Source of the DNA: Romboutsia sp. Marseille-P6047
GTDB lineage: Bacteria; Bacillota; Clostridia; Peptostreptococcales; Peptostreptococcaceae
Reading direction: 5' to 3'
Length of the DNA stretch: 24,000 nt
Assembly (NCBI RefSeq): GCF_900604535.1
Contig: NZ_UWOT01000003.1
Coordinates: forward strand, 186,216 to 210,215
Below are positions 6,571 to 15,720 of this stretch, piece by piece; within the stretch, counting starts at the first letter, position 1, and each line of letters begins with the position of its first letter. The position numbers were made by a program, and so were the translations under genes. Under the pieces are notes generated by a model, which was given only the letters and a program-made list of their open reading frames with translations, had not been told where the DNA came from and made no database searches.

Positions 6571-6735
6571 GTATGAAAGAATTATATATTTATTAAAAAA
6601 ATGTTAACTCTATTATAACTAAGTTAAAAGTATATAAACTAAAAAAAAATATGCTAGTATGTTAAATAGGCTATGTTAAACTATTTGTTCAACATAGTCT
6701 ATTAAAAAAATAAATTTAGTAGAGGTAATTAAGTT

Positions 6736-7461
6736 ATGATAAAGAATTTTGCACATCGTGGATTTAGTGGTAAGTATCCAGAAAATACTCTTTTAGCATT
6801 ACAAAAAGCGATAGAAATAGGTAGTGATGGCATTGAATTTGATGTTCAGTTAACAAAAGACGGACAAGTTGTAATTATACATGATGAAACTATAGACCGT
6901 ACTTCTGACGGAACTGGATATGTATGTGATTATACTTATGATGAACTAATAAAATATGATTTTTCAGGACGTTATATGGGGAAAGTTGAAAAACAAAAAC
7001 TACCTCTTTTAAAAGACTACTTTGAAATGGTTAAAGACACTAACATTATTTCAAATATAGAATTAAAAAATAGCATTCTTGATTATAAAGATATAGAACA
7101 AAAAGTGTATGGATTAATAGTGGAATATGGTTTAAAAGATAAAGTTATTATTTCATCTTTCAATCATGAAAGTATAATTAGAATGAAAAAAATTGATGAA
7201 AGTATTGTATGTGGTTTTCTTGTAGATTGTACTATGTTAGATGCACCAATGTATATCAAAAAATATAATGTTGAGTGCTTCCATCCTTCAGGATATAGCT
7301 TAACAAAAGAAAAGGTAGAAGCTCTACAAAATCAAGGTATATTGGTTAATGTATGGTTAGGAAGTCATAACATGGATTACAAAGAACTAATAGATATGGG
7401 AATAGATATACTAATATCAGATAATCCAGATCAAGTAAAAGAAATTATAAGCAACTTATAG
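6736..7461 (+). CDS. glpQ: Glycerophosphodiester phosphodiesterase (GDPD family)
   Basis: 241 aa. The N-terminus FAHRGFSGKYPENTLLALQKAIEIGSDGIEFDVQLTKDGQVVIIHDETIDRTSDGTG is the classic GDPD signature (HRG...PENT...E.D...T.DG..V..HD). Confidence 0.85.
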   Translation: MIKNFAHRGFSGKYPENTLLALQKAIEIGSDGIEFDVQLTKDGQVVIIHDETIDRTSDGTGYVCDYTYDELIKYDFSGRYMGKVEKQKLPLLKDYFEMVKDTNIISNIELKNSILDYKDIEQKVYGLIVEYGLKDKVIISSFNHESIIRMKKIDESIVCGFLVDCTMLDAPMYIKKYNVECFHPSGYSLTKEKVEALQNQGILVNVWLGSHNMDYKELIDMGIDILISDNPDQVKEIISNL

Positions 7462-7469
7462 GAGGGGAT

Positions 7470-8288
7470 ATGAAAATATTAGACAACCATGTGCACACTA
7501 GTTTTTCAAGTGATGCAAAGGATTCTATGGAAACTGTAATAAAAATAGCTATAAAAAAGGGGTTAAACTATTTAACTATAACAGATCATATAGAAAATCA
7601 TATTACAGGAGAATGGATAGACTACAATGACTATATACCTGTATTTAATCATTATAAAGAAAAGTATAAAGGTGAGATAGAGTTATTGCTGGGTATAGAA
7701 GTTGGATATGAAAGTGATAGACACGAAGGTCTTGAAAAAATAGTAAAATCTTATCCTTTTGACTTTGTAATTTGTTCTACTCATTGTATAGACGGTAAAA
7801 AAATACATGATAGGAGCTACTTTGAGGGAAAAAGCAAAAAAGAAGCTTATGATAGATACTTTGAGTATATGAGAGACTGTACTAAAAAATTTAAAGAATT
7901 TAATATATATGGTCATCTTGATTACATCATAAGATATGGGACTTATGAAAATAATGAGATATGTTTTGAAGAGTATAAGCCAATAATAGATGAGATATTA
8001 ATTAATATAATAAATAATGGTAGTGGGATAGAGCTTAATACCTCAGGCTATAGATATGGATTAGATAGCACTCATCCAAATATTAAATTTATAAAAAGAT
8101 ATAAGGAGCTAGGGGGAACTATCATTACTTTAGGTTCAGATTCCCACAGGGCTAAGGATTTATGTGCTGATTTTGATAAAGCTTGTGAAATTTTAGTAAG
8201 TTGTGGATTTGAACATGTATGTATATTCAAAAATAGAAAACCTAAATTTATTAAAATAGAAGAAAAAGATAAAAGTAATATTGCTTAG
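7470..8288 (+). CDS. PHP-domain phosphatase (histidinol-phosphatase HisJ-like family)
   Basis: 272 aa. MKILDNHVHTSFSSDA at the N-terminus, with later TDH, GHLDY and GSDSH motifs matching the PHP metal-binding histidine/aspartate pattern. The RBS GGAGGGG at 7461-7467 sits 9 nt after the glpQ stop. Confidence 0.75.
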   Translation: MKILDNHVHTSFSSDAKDSMETVIKIAIKKGLNYLTITDHIENHITGEWIDYNDYIPVFNHYKEKYKGEIELLLGIEVGYESDRHEGLEKIVKSYPFDFVICSTHCIDGKKIHDRSYFEGKSKKEAYDRYFEYMRDCTKKFKEFNIYGHLDYIIRYGTYENNEICFEEYKPIIDEILINIINNGSGIELNTSGYRYGLDSTHPNIKFIKRYKELGGTIITLGSDSHRAKDLCADFDKACEILVSCGFEHVCIFKNRKPKFIKIEEKDKSNIA

Positions 8289-8293
8289 ATAAG

Positions 8294-8325
8294 GCTGTAT
8301 CAAATTTATTTGGTATAGCTTTTTT
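8294..8325 (+). terminator. Rho-independent terminator after the glpQ-PHP pair
   Basis: gctgtatcaaa (8294-8304) pairs with tttggtatagc (8309-8319), with two G-U pairs. T6 follows (8320-8325). Confidence 0.6.
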
Positions 8326-8545
8326 CCTATTGAGAAAATTATATTGTCTTACTTATATAAAAATTACTATTTTTTGGTTAAATTAAATTTAATAAATTTA
8401 ATAAACACTTAATTAAGTTAACTATGTATTAACTACTACTTAATAATCAGTTAACAAATACACTATAAAATATAATTAAGTTGAGTAAATGAAACAAAAG
8501 GACAAGTTAAGGGAAATAAAATATTAGAATGAAATGGGAGTTAAT

Positions 8546-9613
8546 ATGGCAAAGATAATTTTAGAAAATATTAAGAAAAGTTATAGCAAAAAAAATACTG
8601 TAATAGAAAACTTAAATTTAGAAATAGAAGATGGTTCATTTACAGTATTAGTAGGTCCATCAGGATGCGGGAAATCTACAACTTTAAGAATGATAGCAGG
8701 TCTAGAAGATATTACAGATGGAAATCTATTTATAGGTGATAGGGATGTAACTAAGGTAGATGCAGGACAAAGGGGGATATCAATGGTTTTCCAAAATTAT
8801 GCTTTATATCCTCACATGAGTGTAAAGGAAAATATAGAATTTGGATTAAAAAATAATAAAGTAAAAAAAGAAGAGAGAGAGAAGCTCATAGCAGAAGTTT
8901 CTTCAGTAGTAGGATTAGATGAATATTTAGAAAGAAAACCATCTGACTTATCAGGAGGTCAAAGACAAAGAGTAGCTTTAGCAAGGGCTATGGTAAAAAC
9001 ACCTAAGGTATTTTTAATGGACGAGCCTTTATCAAACTTAGATGCAAAACTAAGAAATCAAATGAGAAGTGAGCTTATCCAACTTCATAACAAGTTAAAG
9101 TCAACATTTGTATATGTTACTCATGATCAAGTCGAAGCAATGTCTATGGCAGATAAGATAGTAATAATGAATAAGGGTGAGATAATACAAATAGATGCAC
9201 CAAAAGAAATTTATCAAAATCCTAAAAATATATTTGTTGCTCAATTTATAGGAAGTCCAGCTATGAATATACTAGATATGAATGTATGCCACGAAAAATA
9301 TGGATTTAGGCCAGAAAAAATTAAGTTAGAAGCAGATGATAATTTTGATGGAATAGTTTTAAACGGAACAATACTTACAAAGGAAATTTTAGGGTCAGAA
9401 GTGCTTTATTGTGTAAACGTACAAGGTAAAGATATAATGATAAAAACTGAAACTGATACTTTAAACTTTGATGAAAAAGTACAGTTATTCGTAAATAAAT
9501 CGGATTTATATTATTTTGATACAAATGGAAATAGAATCGAAAATGAAAAACAAATACAGGGGTTATTTGAATTAATAAATGATAAGGAGAGTTTAAATGA
9601 AAAAGCAATATAA
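8546..9613 (+). CDS. ABC transporter ATP-binding protein, MalK/UgpC/MsmK type with C-terminal regulatory domain
   Basis: Walker A GPSGCGKST, Q-loop, signature LSGGQRQR, Walker B FLMDEPLSNLD and H-loop VTHD. The ORF opens at 8534, but GGAG at 8537-8540 favours the ATG at 8546 (MAKIILENI). Confidence 0.85.
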   Translation: MAKIILENIKKSYSKKNTVIENLNLEIEDGSFTVLVGPSGCGKSTTLRMIAGLEDITDGNLFIGDRDVTKVDAGQRGISMVFQNYALYPHMSVKENIEFGLKNNKVKKEEREKLIAEVSSVVGLDEYLERKPSDLSGGQRQRVALARAMVKTPKVFLMDEPLSNLDAKLRNQMRSELIQLHNKLKSTFVYVTHDQVEAMSMADKIVIMNKGEIIQIDAPKEIYQNPKNIFVAQFIGSPAMNILDMNVCHEKYGFRPEKIKLEADDNFDGIVLNGTILTKEILGSEVLYCVNVQGKDIMIKTETDTLNFDEKVQLFVNKSDLYYFDTNGNRIENEKQIQGLFELINDKESLNEKAI

Positions 9614-10463
9614 ATCTTATCTATATATAATGCCTGCTTTAATAGGAATACTTGTATTTGTAATATATCCAATATTGTACACAATATACTTAAGTTTTCA
9701 ATCGGGAAGTTTGATGAGTCCAACTTTTACATTTGCAGGGTTAGATAACTATAAGGATCTTTTAAAAGATGGAGACTTTATAATAACTTTGAAAAATACA
9801 GCAATCTATACAGTAGCAATGGTTACTATTTCTATTTCATTAGCACTAGTATTTGCAGTATGGTTAAACAAACAAAGTTTTATGCACAAGCTTACACAGA
9901 CTATAATATTTACACCTCATATAGTTTCTCTTGTATCAATAGGTGTACTATTTATGTGGCTTATGAATCCTGATTATGGATTTTTAAACTTTGTACTAGA
10001 GAAGATAGGTCTTGAACCATCTACATGGTTATCTAGTGATAAAACAGCTTTATTCTCAATAATACTAGTTGGAATATGGAAAACAGTAGGATACAATACT
10101 TTAGTGTTTGTAGCAGGTCTTCAAGGTATACCGAAGTATATTTATGAAGCTGCAAACTTAGATAATAGTGGACCAATAAAGACCTTCTTTAAAGTTACAT
10201 TACCTCTACTATCACCAACAATATTTTTCCTATTAATAACAACGACAACAGCGTCATTCCAAGTGTTTGACTTAATAAATGTTATGACAAAGGGAGGACC
10301 AATAAACTCTACAAATATGTTAGTTTACTACATTTATGAAGCAGGGTTTAGATATTACGATATAGGGATAGCATCGGCTGCAAGTGTGTTCTTAATAGTA
10401 TTAGTAGGTATTTTGACTTTTGCACACTTTAAACTATTATCTAATAAGGTTCATTACCAATAA
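9597..10463 (+). CDS. ABC sugar/glycerophosphodiester transporter permease (UgpA/MalF-like)
   Basis: 288 aa multi-TM protein with an EAA-loop-like EAANLDNSGPIKTFFKVTLP. The RBS AAGGAGAG is at 9584-9591. The start overlaps the ATPase gene end. Confidence 0.8.
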   Translation: MKKQYKSYLYIMPALIGILVFVIYPILYTIYLSFQSGSLMSPTFTFAGLDNYKDLLKDGDFIITLKNTAIYTVAMVTISISLALVFAVWLNKQSFMHKLTQTIIFTPHIVSLVSIGVLFMWLMNPDYGFLNFVLEKIGLEPSTWLSSDKTALFSIILVGIWKTVGYNTLVFVAGLQGIPKYIYEAANLDNSGPIKTFFKVTLPLLSPTIFFLLITTTTASFQVFDLINVMTKGGPINSTNMLVYYIYEAGFRYYDIGIASAASVFLIVLVGILTFAHFKLLSNKVHYQ

Positions 10464-10483
10464 AATTAGTAGGAGGAAAGATC

Positions 10484-11368
10484 TTGGAACAATTACAACA
10501 ATCTAGCGCTTATAAAGAAAAAATAAATTTAAAAGAAAAACTATCGATTCTTAAAGTACCGTTAAAATGTTTGGAGTATGTGGTATTGGGTTTAATGATA
10601 ATGATATTTGTATTTCCTTTTATTTGGATGATATCAACATCATTAAAAACTACAGCTGAAGCAATACAAATACCACCAACAATAATACCTAATGAATTTA
10701 TCTTTGAAAACTATTTAAAGGCATGGAATTCAGGGCCATTCTTTAGATATTTAGGAAATAGTATATTTATTACTTCAGCAATACTAATTATGCAGTTTAT
10801 AATTATGGTTCCAGCTGCTTATGCTTTCTCAAAAATTAAATTTAAGGGAGAAAAAATATTATTTGGAATAGTGTTAGTCGGGCTAATGGTTCCACCACAA
10901 ATAACTTTTTTACCTGTGTATATTATGATGAGTAAACTTGGATTAATAAATTCATATGTACCATTAATACTTCCTTTCATGACATCATCATTTGGAATAT
11001 TTTTACTAAGACAAAACTTCATGCAAGTATCGGATGAAATAATTGAAGCAGCGAAATTAGATAATGCTTCAGATTTCAAAATAATGTGGAAGATTATGCT
11101 GCCTATAGCTAAACCAGCTATGATTACATTTGGGTTATTTAGTTTTATATATCATTGGAACAATTATTTCTGGCCATTAGTTATGAGTAATACTGATTTG
11201 GTTAGAACACTTCCTATAGGTGTTACTATGCTTAAGGAAATTGAAGGTATAACAAATTGGAATATAGTAATGGCAGGGAATGTAATGCTTACAGCACCAA
11301 TACTAATAATATATACATTCTTAAATGGTCAAATTAAAAAGGCGTTTGCATATTCAGGAATAAAATAA
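10484..11368 (+). CDS. ABC sugar/glycerophosphodiester transporter permease (UgpE/MalG-like)
   Basis: 294 aa multi-TM protein with the EAA loop EAAKLDNASDFKIMWKIMLP. A TTG start lies 7 nt after AGGAGG (10471-10476). Confidence 0.8.
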   Translation: MEQLQQSSAYKEKINLKEKLSILKVPLKCLEYVVLGLMIMIFVFPFIWMISTSLKTTAEAIQIPPTIIPNEFIFENYLKAWNSGPFFRYLGNSIFITSAILIMQFIIMVPAAYAFSKIKFKGEKILFGIVLVGLMVPPQITFLPVYIMMSKLGLINSYVPLILPFMTSSFGIFLLRQNFMQVSDEIIEAAKLDNASDFKIMWKIMLPIAKPAMITFGLFSFIYHWNNYFWPLVMSNTDLVRTLPIGVTMLKEIEGITNWNIVMAGNVMLTAPILIIYTFLNGQIKKAFAYSGIK

Positions 11369-11394
11369 TATTTTATTATAGGGGAGATTTAAAA

Positions 11395-12696
11395 ATGAAA
11401 TTAAAAAGAACGATATCGGGAACATTGGCTCTTACATTAATAGTAGGAACATTAACAGGATGCTCAACTAAAGGACAAGATACAGCAGTGGACTCAGTAA
11501 GTGATGGAAAGGTTCAAGTAGAATTTTGGAATGCTTTAACTGGTACAAATGAAGAAATCGTAAAGAGTTATGTAGATAAGTTTAATGCACAAAGTGAAGA
11601 TGTAGAAATAAAAATGGTATCTCAAGGAGATTATTGGGAGAATGGAACTAAATTACAAGCTGCAATAGCTGCTGGTAATCAACCAGACTTAACAATGCTT
11701 GAAGTAACTCAAGTTGCTCAATTTGCATCTGTTGGAGCATTAGCAGATTTAGAACAATATGTAAGCAAAGAAAAGATAGATGATTTTTTACCAGGGCTTA
11801 TGAGAGAATCGGAATATGATGGAAAGACTGTAGCAGTACCTTTAAACAGAAGCACTCCATTACTATATGTAAATAAAGAAATGTGTGAAGCTGCAGGACT
11901 TGATCCAGAAGGTTCAAAAAACTGGGATGAATTAAAAATGTATGCTGAAAAGTTAACAGACGAAGCGGACGGAGTAGTAGGTCTTGCAGTACCAATAGAT
12001 ATATGGTTCTTTGAATCATTAATATACCAACAAGGTGGAGAAATGATAGATGAAAACAACAAAGTTGCTTTCAATAATGAAATAGGTTTTAATGCTTTAG
12101 GATTATGGCAAGATATGATGAAAGAAGGAATAATGCAATTACCTCCAGGGGAAGGGTATGATGCATGGGATGCTGCAAAGGATGCATTCGTTAATGGAAA
12201 AGCAGGTATGACATTCCAATCTACAGCAAGTTTAGCAGGACTTATGGAGCAAGCTGAAGGTAAATTTACAGTAAATACAGCGTTCTTACCAGGGGATTCT
12301 CAATATGGAGTTCCAACTGGTGGAGCAAATGTTGTTATGATGGAAGGTTCATCTCAAGAAGAAAAAGAAGCTGCTGCTGAGTTCATAGAGTTTATGACTG
12401 ATGAAGAAAATGCAGTTCAATTCTCTATAGATACAGGATATATGCCAATAACTAACACTGCATTAAATAGTGAAACAATACAAAATTTATATAAAGAAAA
12501 GCCTCAATATTCAACTGCTGCTAAGCAATTAGAATATGCATCTCAAAGACCAGGTGTAGTAGGATACGTTGAAGCTACTGAAAAGTTAATGAACGAAATG
12601 AAAAAAGCTTTAATGGATTTAAATGTTGATGTTAAAGAAACAGTTGAAAAAGCAACTGCAATAATGCAACAAGTAGTAGACAAAAACAATAAATAG
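11395..12696 (+). CDS. Extracellular solute-binding lipoprotein of the ABC importer
   Basis: 433 aa. It has a signal peptide with the lipobox LTGC (cysteine before STKG). The sequence is typical of family-1 sugar/glycerophosphodiester binding proteins. The RBS GGGGAG is at 11381-11386. Confidence 0.8.
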   Translation: MKLKRTISGTLALTLIVGTLTGCSTKGQDTAVDSVSDGKVQVEFWNALTGTNEEIVKSYVDKFNAQSEDVEIKMVSQGDYWENGTKLQAAIAAGNQPDLTMLEVTQVAQFASVGALADLEQYVSKEKIDDFLPGLMRESEYDGKTVAVPLNRSTPLLYVNKEMCEAAGLDPEGSKNWDELKMYAEKLTDEADGVVGLAVPIDIWFFESLIYQQGGEMIDENNKVAFNNEIGFNALGLWQDMMKEGIMQLPPGEGYDAWDAAKDAFVNGKAGMTFQSTASLAGLMEQAEGKFTVNTAFLPGDSQYGVPTGGANVVMMEGSSQEEKEAAAEFIEFMTDEENAVQFSIDTGYMPITNTALNSETIQNLYKEKPQYSTAAKQLEYASQRPGVVGYVEATEKLMNEMKKALMDLNVDVKETVEKATAIMQQVVDKNNK

Positions 12697-12793
12697 TACA
12701 TCTTATCCTCTTAATTTAAAATATACAAAAGGTGATGTTATCATAATTATATATAAATATATAGTAAATTGAAAAGAGATTAATATGCATAAT

Positions 12794-12840
12794 CGTGGGT
12801 GTGATTACTGCGATTCGTTTCCACCATTCAAACCCTCGAA
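12794..12840 (+). repeat. Degenerate tmRNA (ssrA) 3'-end-like sequence plus conserved flank, copy B
   Basis: cgtgggtgtgattactgcgattcgtttccacca aligns to a T-arm plus acceptor 3' end (CGTGGGTTCGACTCCCAC-CGTCTCCACCA type) with substitutions. The flank ttcaaaccctcgaa follows. Confidence 0.55.
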
Positions 12841-12853
12841 AATGAGGATAAGG

Positions 12854-12886
12854 AACTACTAAACCTTATAGTTTAGTAGTTTTTTA
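12854..12886 (+). terminator. Rho-independent terminator after copy B (also terminates the ABC operon)
   Basis: aactactaaac (12854-12864), loop cttata, gtttagtagtt (12871-12881), then a T-run. Confidence 0.75.
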
Positions 12887-13045
12887 TTTTGCCTTTTACA
12901 AATATTTTATTAATATAAGCTGTAGTAAAATTTACGTCATTGGCATCTACTGATTGTAGTCCATGTGCAAAAGTTGAATAGTTCGACCCAAGTTTATTTA
13001 TAACAATAAACAAAAGTTTCAAATAGAGAAATTTCTATGATTACA

Positions 13046-13054
13046 TGATATAAT
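13046..13054 (+). promoter_or_regulatory. Possible extended -10 promoter element for the LacI-type regulator gene
   Basis: TGaTATAAT at 13046-13054, about 30 nt upstream of the start. No good -35 was seen. Confidence 0.35.
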
Positions 13055-13084
13055 GAATATAAAAAATAATAATGAGGTGATATT

Positions 13085-14077
13085 GTGGCGAATATGAATG
13101 ATGTAGCTAAAAGAGCCGGTGTATCAAGAGGTACAGTATCAAATTATATAAATAATGTAAAAATAAAAGAATCTTTAAGAATAAAAATAGAAGAAGCTAT
13201 AAAAGAACTGGGGTATATACCAAATATAGCTGCAAGAGAATTGAAAACAAATACAGCTAGTAATGTAGTATTCATAGTACCTACAGTATGGAATCCATTT
13301 TTCTCTGAACTTACATATTACTTGCAAATAGAATTGAAAAAAATAGGTAAAAAGATGTTATTATGTAATTCTCAAGACAATTACTTATCAGAAATAGAGT
13401 ATATTGAAATGGCAAAACAAAACAAAGTGTATGGCATTATATCTGTATCTTATAGTAATATCTTACCGCATTTGACTGAAAATTTACCATATGTTGCAAT
13501 AGAAAGGTATTATAATGAATCAATACCTTATGTAACTAGTGATAATATAAATGGAAGTAAACTTGCTGTAAATGAATTATATAAAAGAAAATGTAAAAAT
13601 TTATTACACATTACAAGAGAAGTAGAAAATAATAAAGCTTTAATGGATAGAAAGTTTGGTTTTGAAACTACATGTAAGGAATTAAATTTAAATTATAGTA
13701 TTTTTAATTGCCATTGCAAATCTAGTGAATTTAGAAAAGAAGTAAACAAGTTTATAAAAGAATCATATAGCAACAATAATAAATTTGATGGTATTTTTTG
13801 TGCTACAGATAGATATGCACAGTATGTTATTGAAGCTCTTGAAGAAATGGAAATAAGAATACCAGATGATGTTCAGATAATAGGATTTGATGGAGCTAAA
13901 AGTTATTCTAATGAACATCTAAAAATTTCTACTATGAAACAAAATATTGAAGGGCTTGCAATAGAAGCAGTTAACTTACTTCAATTAGTAGTAAATAAAA
14001 GTGAAACTATAAATAATAAAATATTACCAGTAAGTTTTTTAGAAATTGAAACTACAAAAAGAATAAATGAACAATAA
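13085..14077 (+). CDS. scrR: LacI-family transcriptional regulator (sucrose operon repressor type)
   Basis: 330 aa. The N-terminal HTH MNDVAKRAGVSRGTVSNYIN is followed by a periplasmic-binding-protein-like sugar-binding core. GTG at 13085 follows GAGGTGA (13073-13079); the ATG at 13094 is an alternative start. The gene sits immediately upstream of the sucrose PTS genes. Confidence 0.8.
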   Translation: MANMNDVAKRAGVSRGTVSNYINNVKIKESLRIKIEEAIKELGYIPNIAARELKTNTASNVVFIVPTVWNPFFSELTYYLQIELKKIGKKMLLCNSQDNYLSEIEYIEMAKQNKVYGIISVSYSNILPHLTENLPYVAIERYYNESIPYVTSDNINGSKLAVNELYKRKCKNLLHITREVENNKALMDRKFGFETTCKELNLNYSIFNCHCKSSEFRKEVNKFIKESYSNNNKFDGIFCATDRYAQYVIEALEEMEIRIPDDVQIIGFDGAKSYSNEHLKISTMKQNIEGLAIEAVNLLQLVVNKSETINNKILPVSFLEIETTKRINEQ

Positions 14078-14080
14078 TCT

Positions 14081-14115
14081 AAAATCATAGTTTTTCAGAA
14101 CTGTGATTTTTTTTT
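14081..14115 (+). terminator. Rho-independent terminator after scrR
   Basis: aaaatcatagtt (14081-14092) pairs with aactgtgatttt (14099-14110). The T-run extends to 14115. Confidence 0.7.
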
Positions 14116-14146
14116 AGAAAAATTTAAAAAAATGGCAAATGTTTTC

Positions 14147-14175
14147 TTGAAATGATTGGGAATTTATATTACAAT
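14147..14175 (+). promoter_or_regulatory. SigmaA-type promoter of the sucrose catabolic operon
   Basis: TTGAAA (14147-14152), a 17-nt spacer, then TACAAT (14170-14175). Confidence 0.6.
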
Positions 14176-14187
14176 AAAAATATAAAA

Positions 14188-14201
14188 TTGGAACGTTCCA
14201 A
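14188..14201. promoter_or_regulatory. Perfect 14-bp palindromic LacI-family/cre-like operator
   Basis: ttggaacgttccaa lies 13 nt after the -10 element and 4 nt before the RBS of scrA. It fits the TGNAANCGNTTNCA-type operator pattern of LacI/CcpA-family proteins. Confidence 0.7.
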
Positions 14202-14218
14202 AAAAGAGGGGAGAAAAA

Positions 14219-15658
14219 ATGAATTATAAAAACATTGCTAAAGAAGTGATTAAAAATGTTGGAGGAAAAGAAAACATAGCAAGTGCAGCACACTGCGTAA
14301 CAAGATTAAGATTAGTATTAAAAGATACAACAAAGTATGATAAAGAAATACTCGAAAATATTGAAGGGGTTAAAGGTGTATTTTTTAATAGTGGTCAATT
14401 ACAAGTTATATTTGGAACAAAAACTGTAGATCTTGTACATGCAGCTTTGATGGAGATATTAGGAATAAAAGAATCATCTTTAGCTGATGTGAAAAATGAA
14501 GCTAATAAAGATCAAAATAAAATTAAAAAACTGTTTAAAGCTTTTTCAGATATTTTTGTAGGTTTAATACCAGCAATAGTTGGATGTGCAATGATTTTAG
14601 GTTTAAGATCTTTATTTCTTACTGAAGGTCTATTTGGATTAGAAGGTACATTAGCTGATACATATAAATGGGCAAATGATACTGCATCATTTTTAAATAT
14701 TATAGCTACAGGGTTGAATTTCTTACCAGTACTTATAGCTTACTCAGCAACTAAAAGATTTGGTGGAAATCCAGCACTAGGTATAATAATAGGATTAATA
14801 TTAGTTCATCCTGACTTAGGAAATAGATTTGAATATTTACAAGGTACAGCTACTAATGTAGAATACTGGAACTTATTAGGAGTAAATGTACCGGCAGTAG
14901 CATTCCAAGGGGGAATATTCCCAGCTATACTGACATCTTTATTTTTAGCTACATTTGAGAAATTTATCACAAAACATGTTCCGCAAGTACTTTCATTCGT
15001 ACTTGTACCTACATTAACTATAATAGTATCATCTTTAGCTTTATTCATAGTATTTGGACCATTAGGAGATGCTATGGCATCAGCTATTGGATATGTGTGT
15101 GAGATATTATATATGAAAACGGGAATTATAGGTGCTTTTGCATTTGCAGCACTTCTTCAACCATTAGTTATAACAGGAACACATCATGCAATAGGAAGTA
15201 TAGAAGCTCAATTAATTGCACAAACAGGATTTAATTATATACAACCGTTATGGTCAGTATCAATTATAGCTCAAGGTGGAGCTTGTATAGGAATGTTCTT
15301 ATTAGCAAGAAAAAAATCAAAATTAAGAGAAGTATCAGTATCTAGTTTTGTACCTACATTAGTGGGAGTTTCAGAACCTGCAATATTTGCAGTAAACTTA
15401 AAAAATTCTATAGTTCCATTTGTATGTGCAGCATTAGGAGCAGGTTTAGGTGGAATATATATGAAATTACTAGATGTAAAAGCACTAGGTTTTGGATTAA
15501 CAGGAATACCGGGTATAACAATAGTAAATCCACCAGTAATGTTACATTATCTAGTAGGAAACTTAATAGCATTTATTGCTCCTATAGTATTCTTAGTTAT
15601 ATATCATAAAGTTAAAGGAGTACAAGGTATAGAAAAGTCAAAAGTAAGTGTTGCATAA
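14219..15658 (+). CDS. scrA: PTS sucrose-type EIIBC component (no EIIA domain)
   Basis: 479 aa. The N-terminal EIIB carries the phospho-cysteine motif NIASAAHCVTRLRLVLKD. A ~370 aa polytopic EIIC follows, with the GITEPA-like VGVSEPAIF. Confidence 0.85.
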   Translation: MNYKNIAKEVIKNVGGKENIASAAHCVTRLRLVLKDTTKYDKEILENIEGVKGVFFNSGQLQVIFGTKTVDLVHAALMEILGIKESSLADVKNEANKDQNKIKKLFKAFSDIFVGLIPAIVGCAMILGLRSLFLTEGLFGLEGTLADTYKWANDTASFLNIIATGLNFLPVLIAYSATKRFGGNPALGIIIGLILVHPDLGNRFEYLQGTATNVEYWNLLGVNVPAVAFQGGIFPAILTSLFLATFEKFITKHVPQVLSFVLVPTLTIIVSSLALFIVFGPLGDAMASAIGYVCEILYMKTGIIGAFAFAALLQPLVITGTHHAIGSIEAQLIAQTGFNYIQPLWSVSIIAQGGACIGMFLLARKKSKLREVSVSSFVPTLVGVSEPAIFAVNLKNSIVPFVCAALGAGLGGIYMKLLDVKALGFGLTGIPGITIVNPPVMLHYLVGNLIAFIAPIVFLVIYHKVKGVQGIEKSKVSVA

Positions 15659-15720
15659 ATGATGCAAACGATAAAATAGTTTTATAAATATAATAAAAAA
15701 ATAGAAACTTAGGAGACATT

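Noticed and set aside
12794-12840. Interpreting the repeated ccaccatt...cgaa motif as a T-box leader, a BglG/SacY RAT antiterminator site or a riboswitch expression platform.
   Set aside because: The T-box consensus (AGGGTGGTACCGCG-like) does not fit on either strand. The RAT consensus matches only loosely, in copy B alone. The downstream genes (glpQ, scrR, a response regulator) share no ligand logic. The tmRNA 3'-end alignment explains all three copies better.
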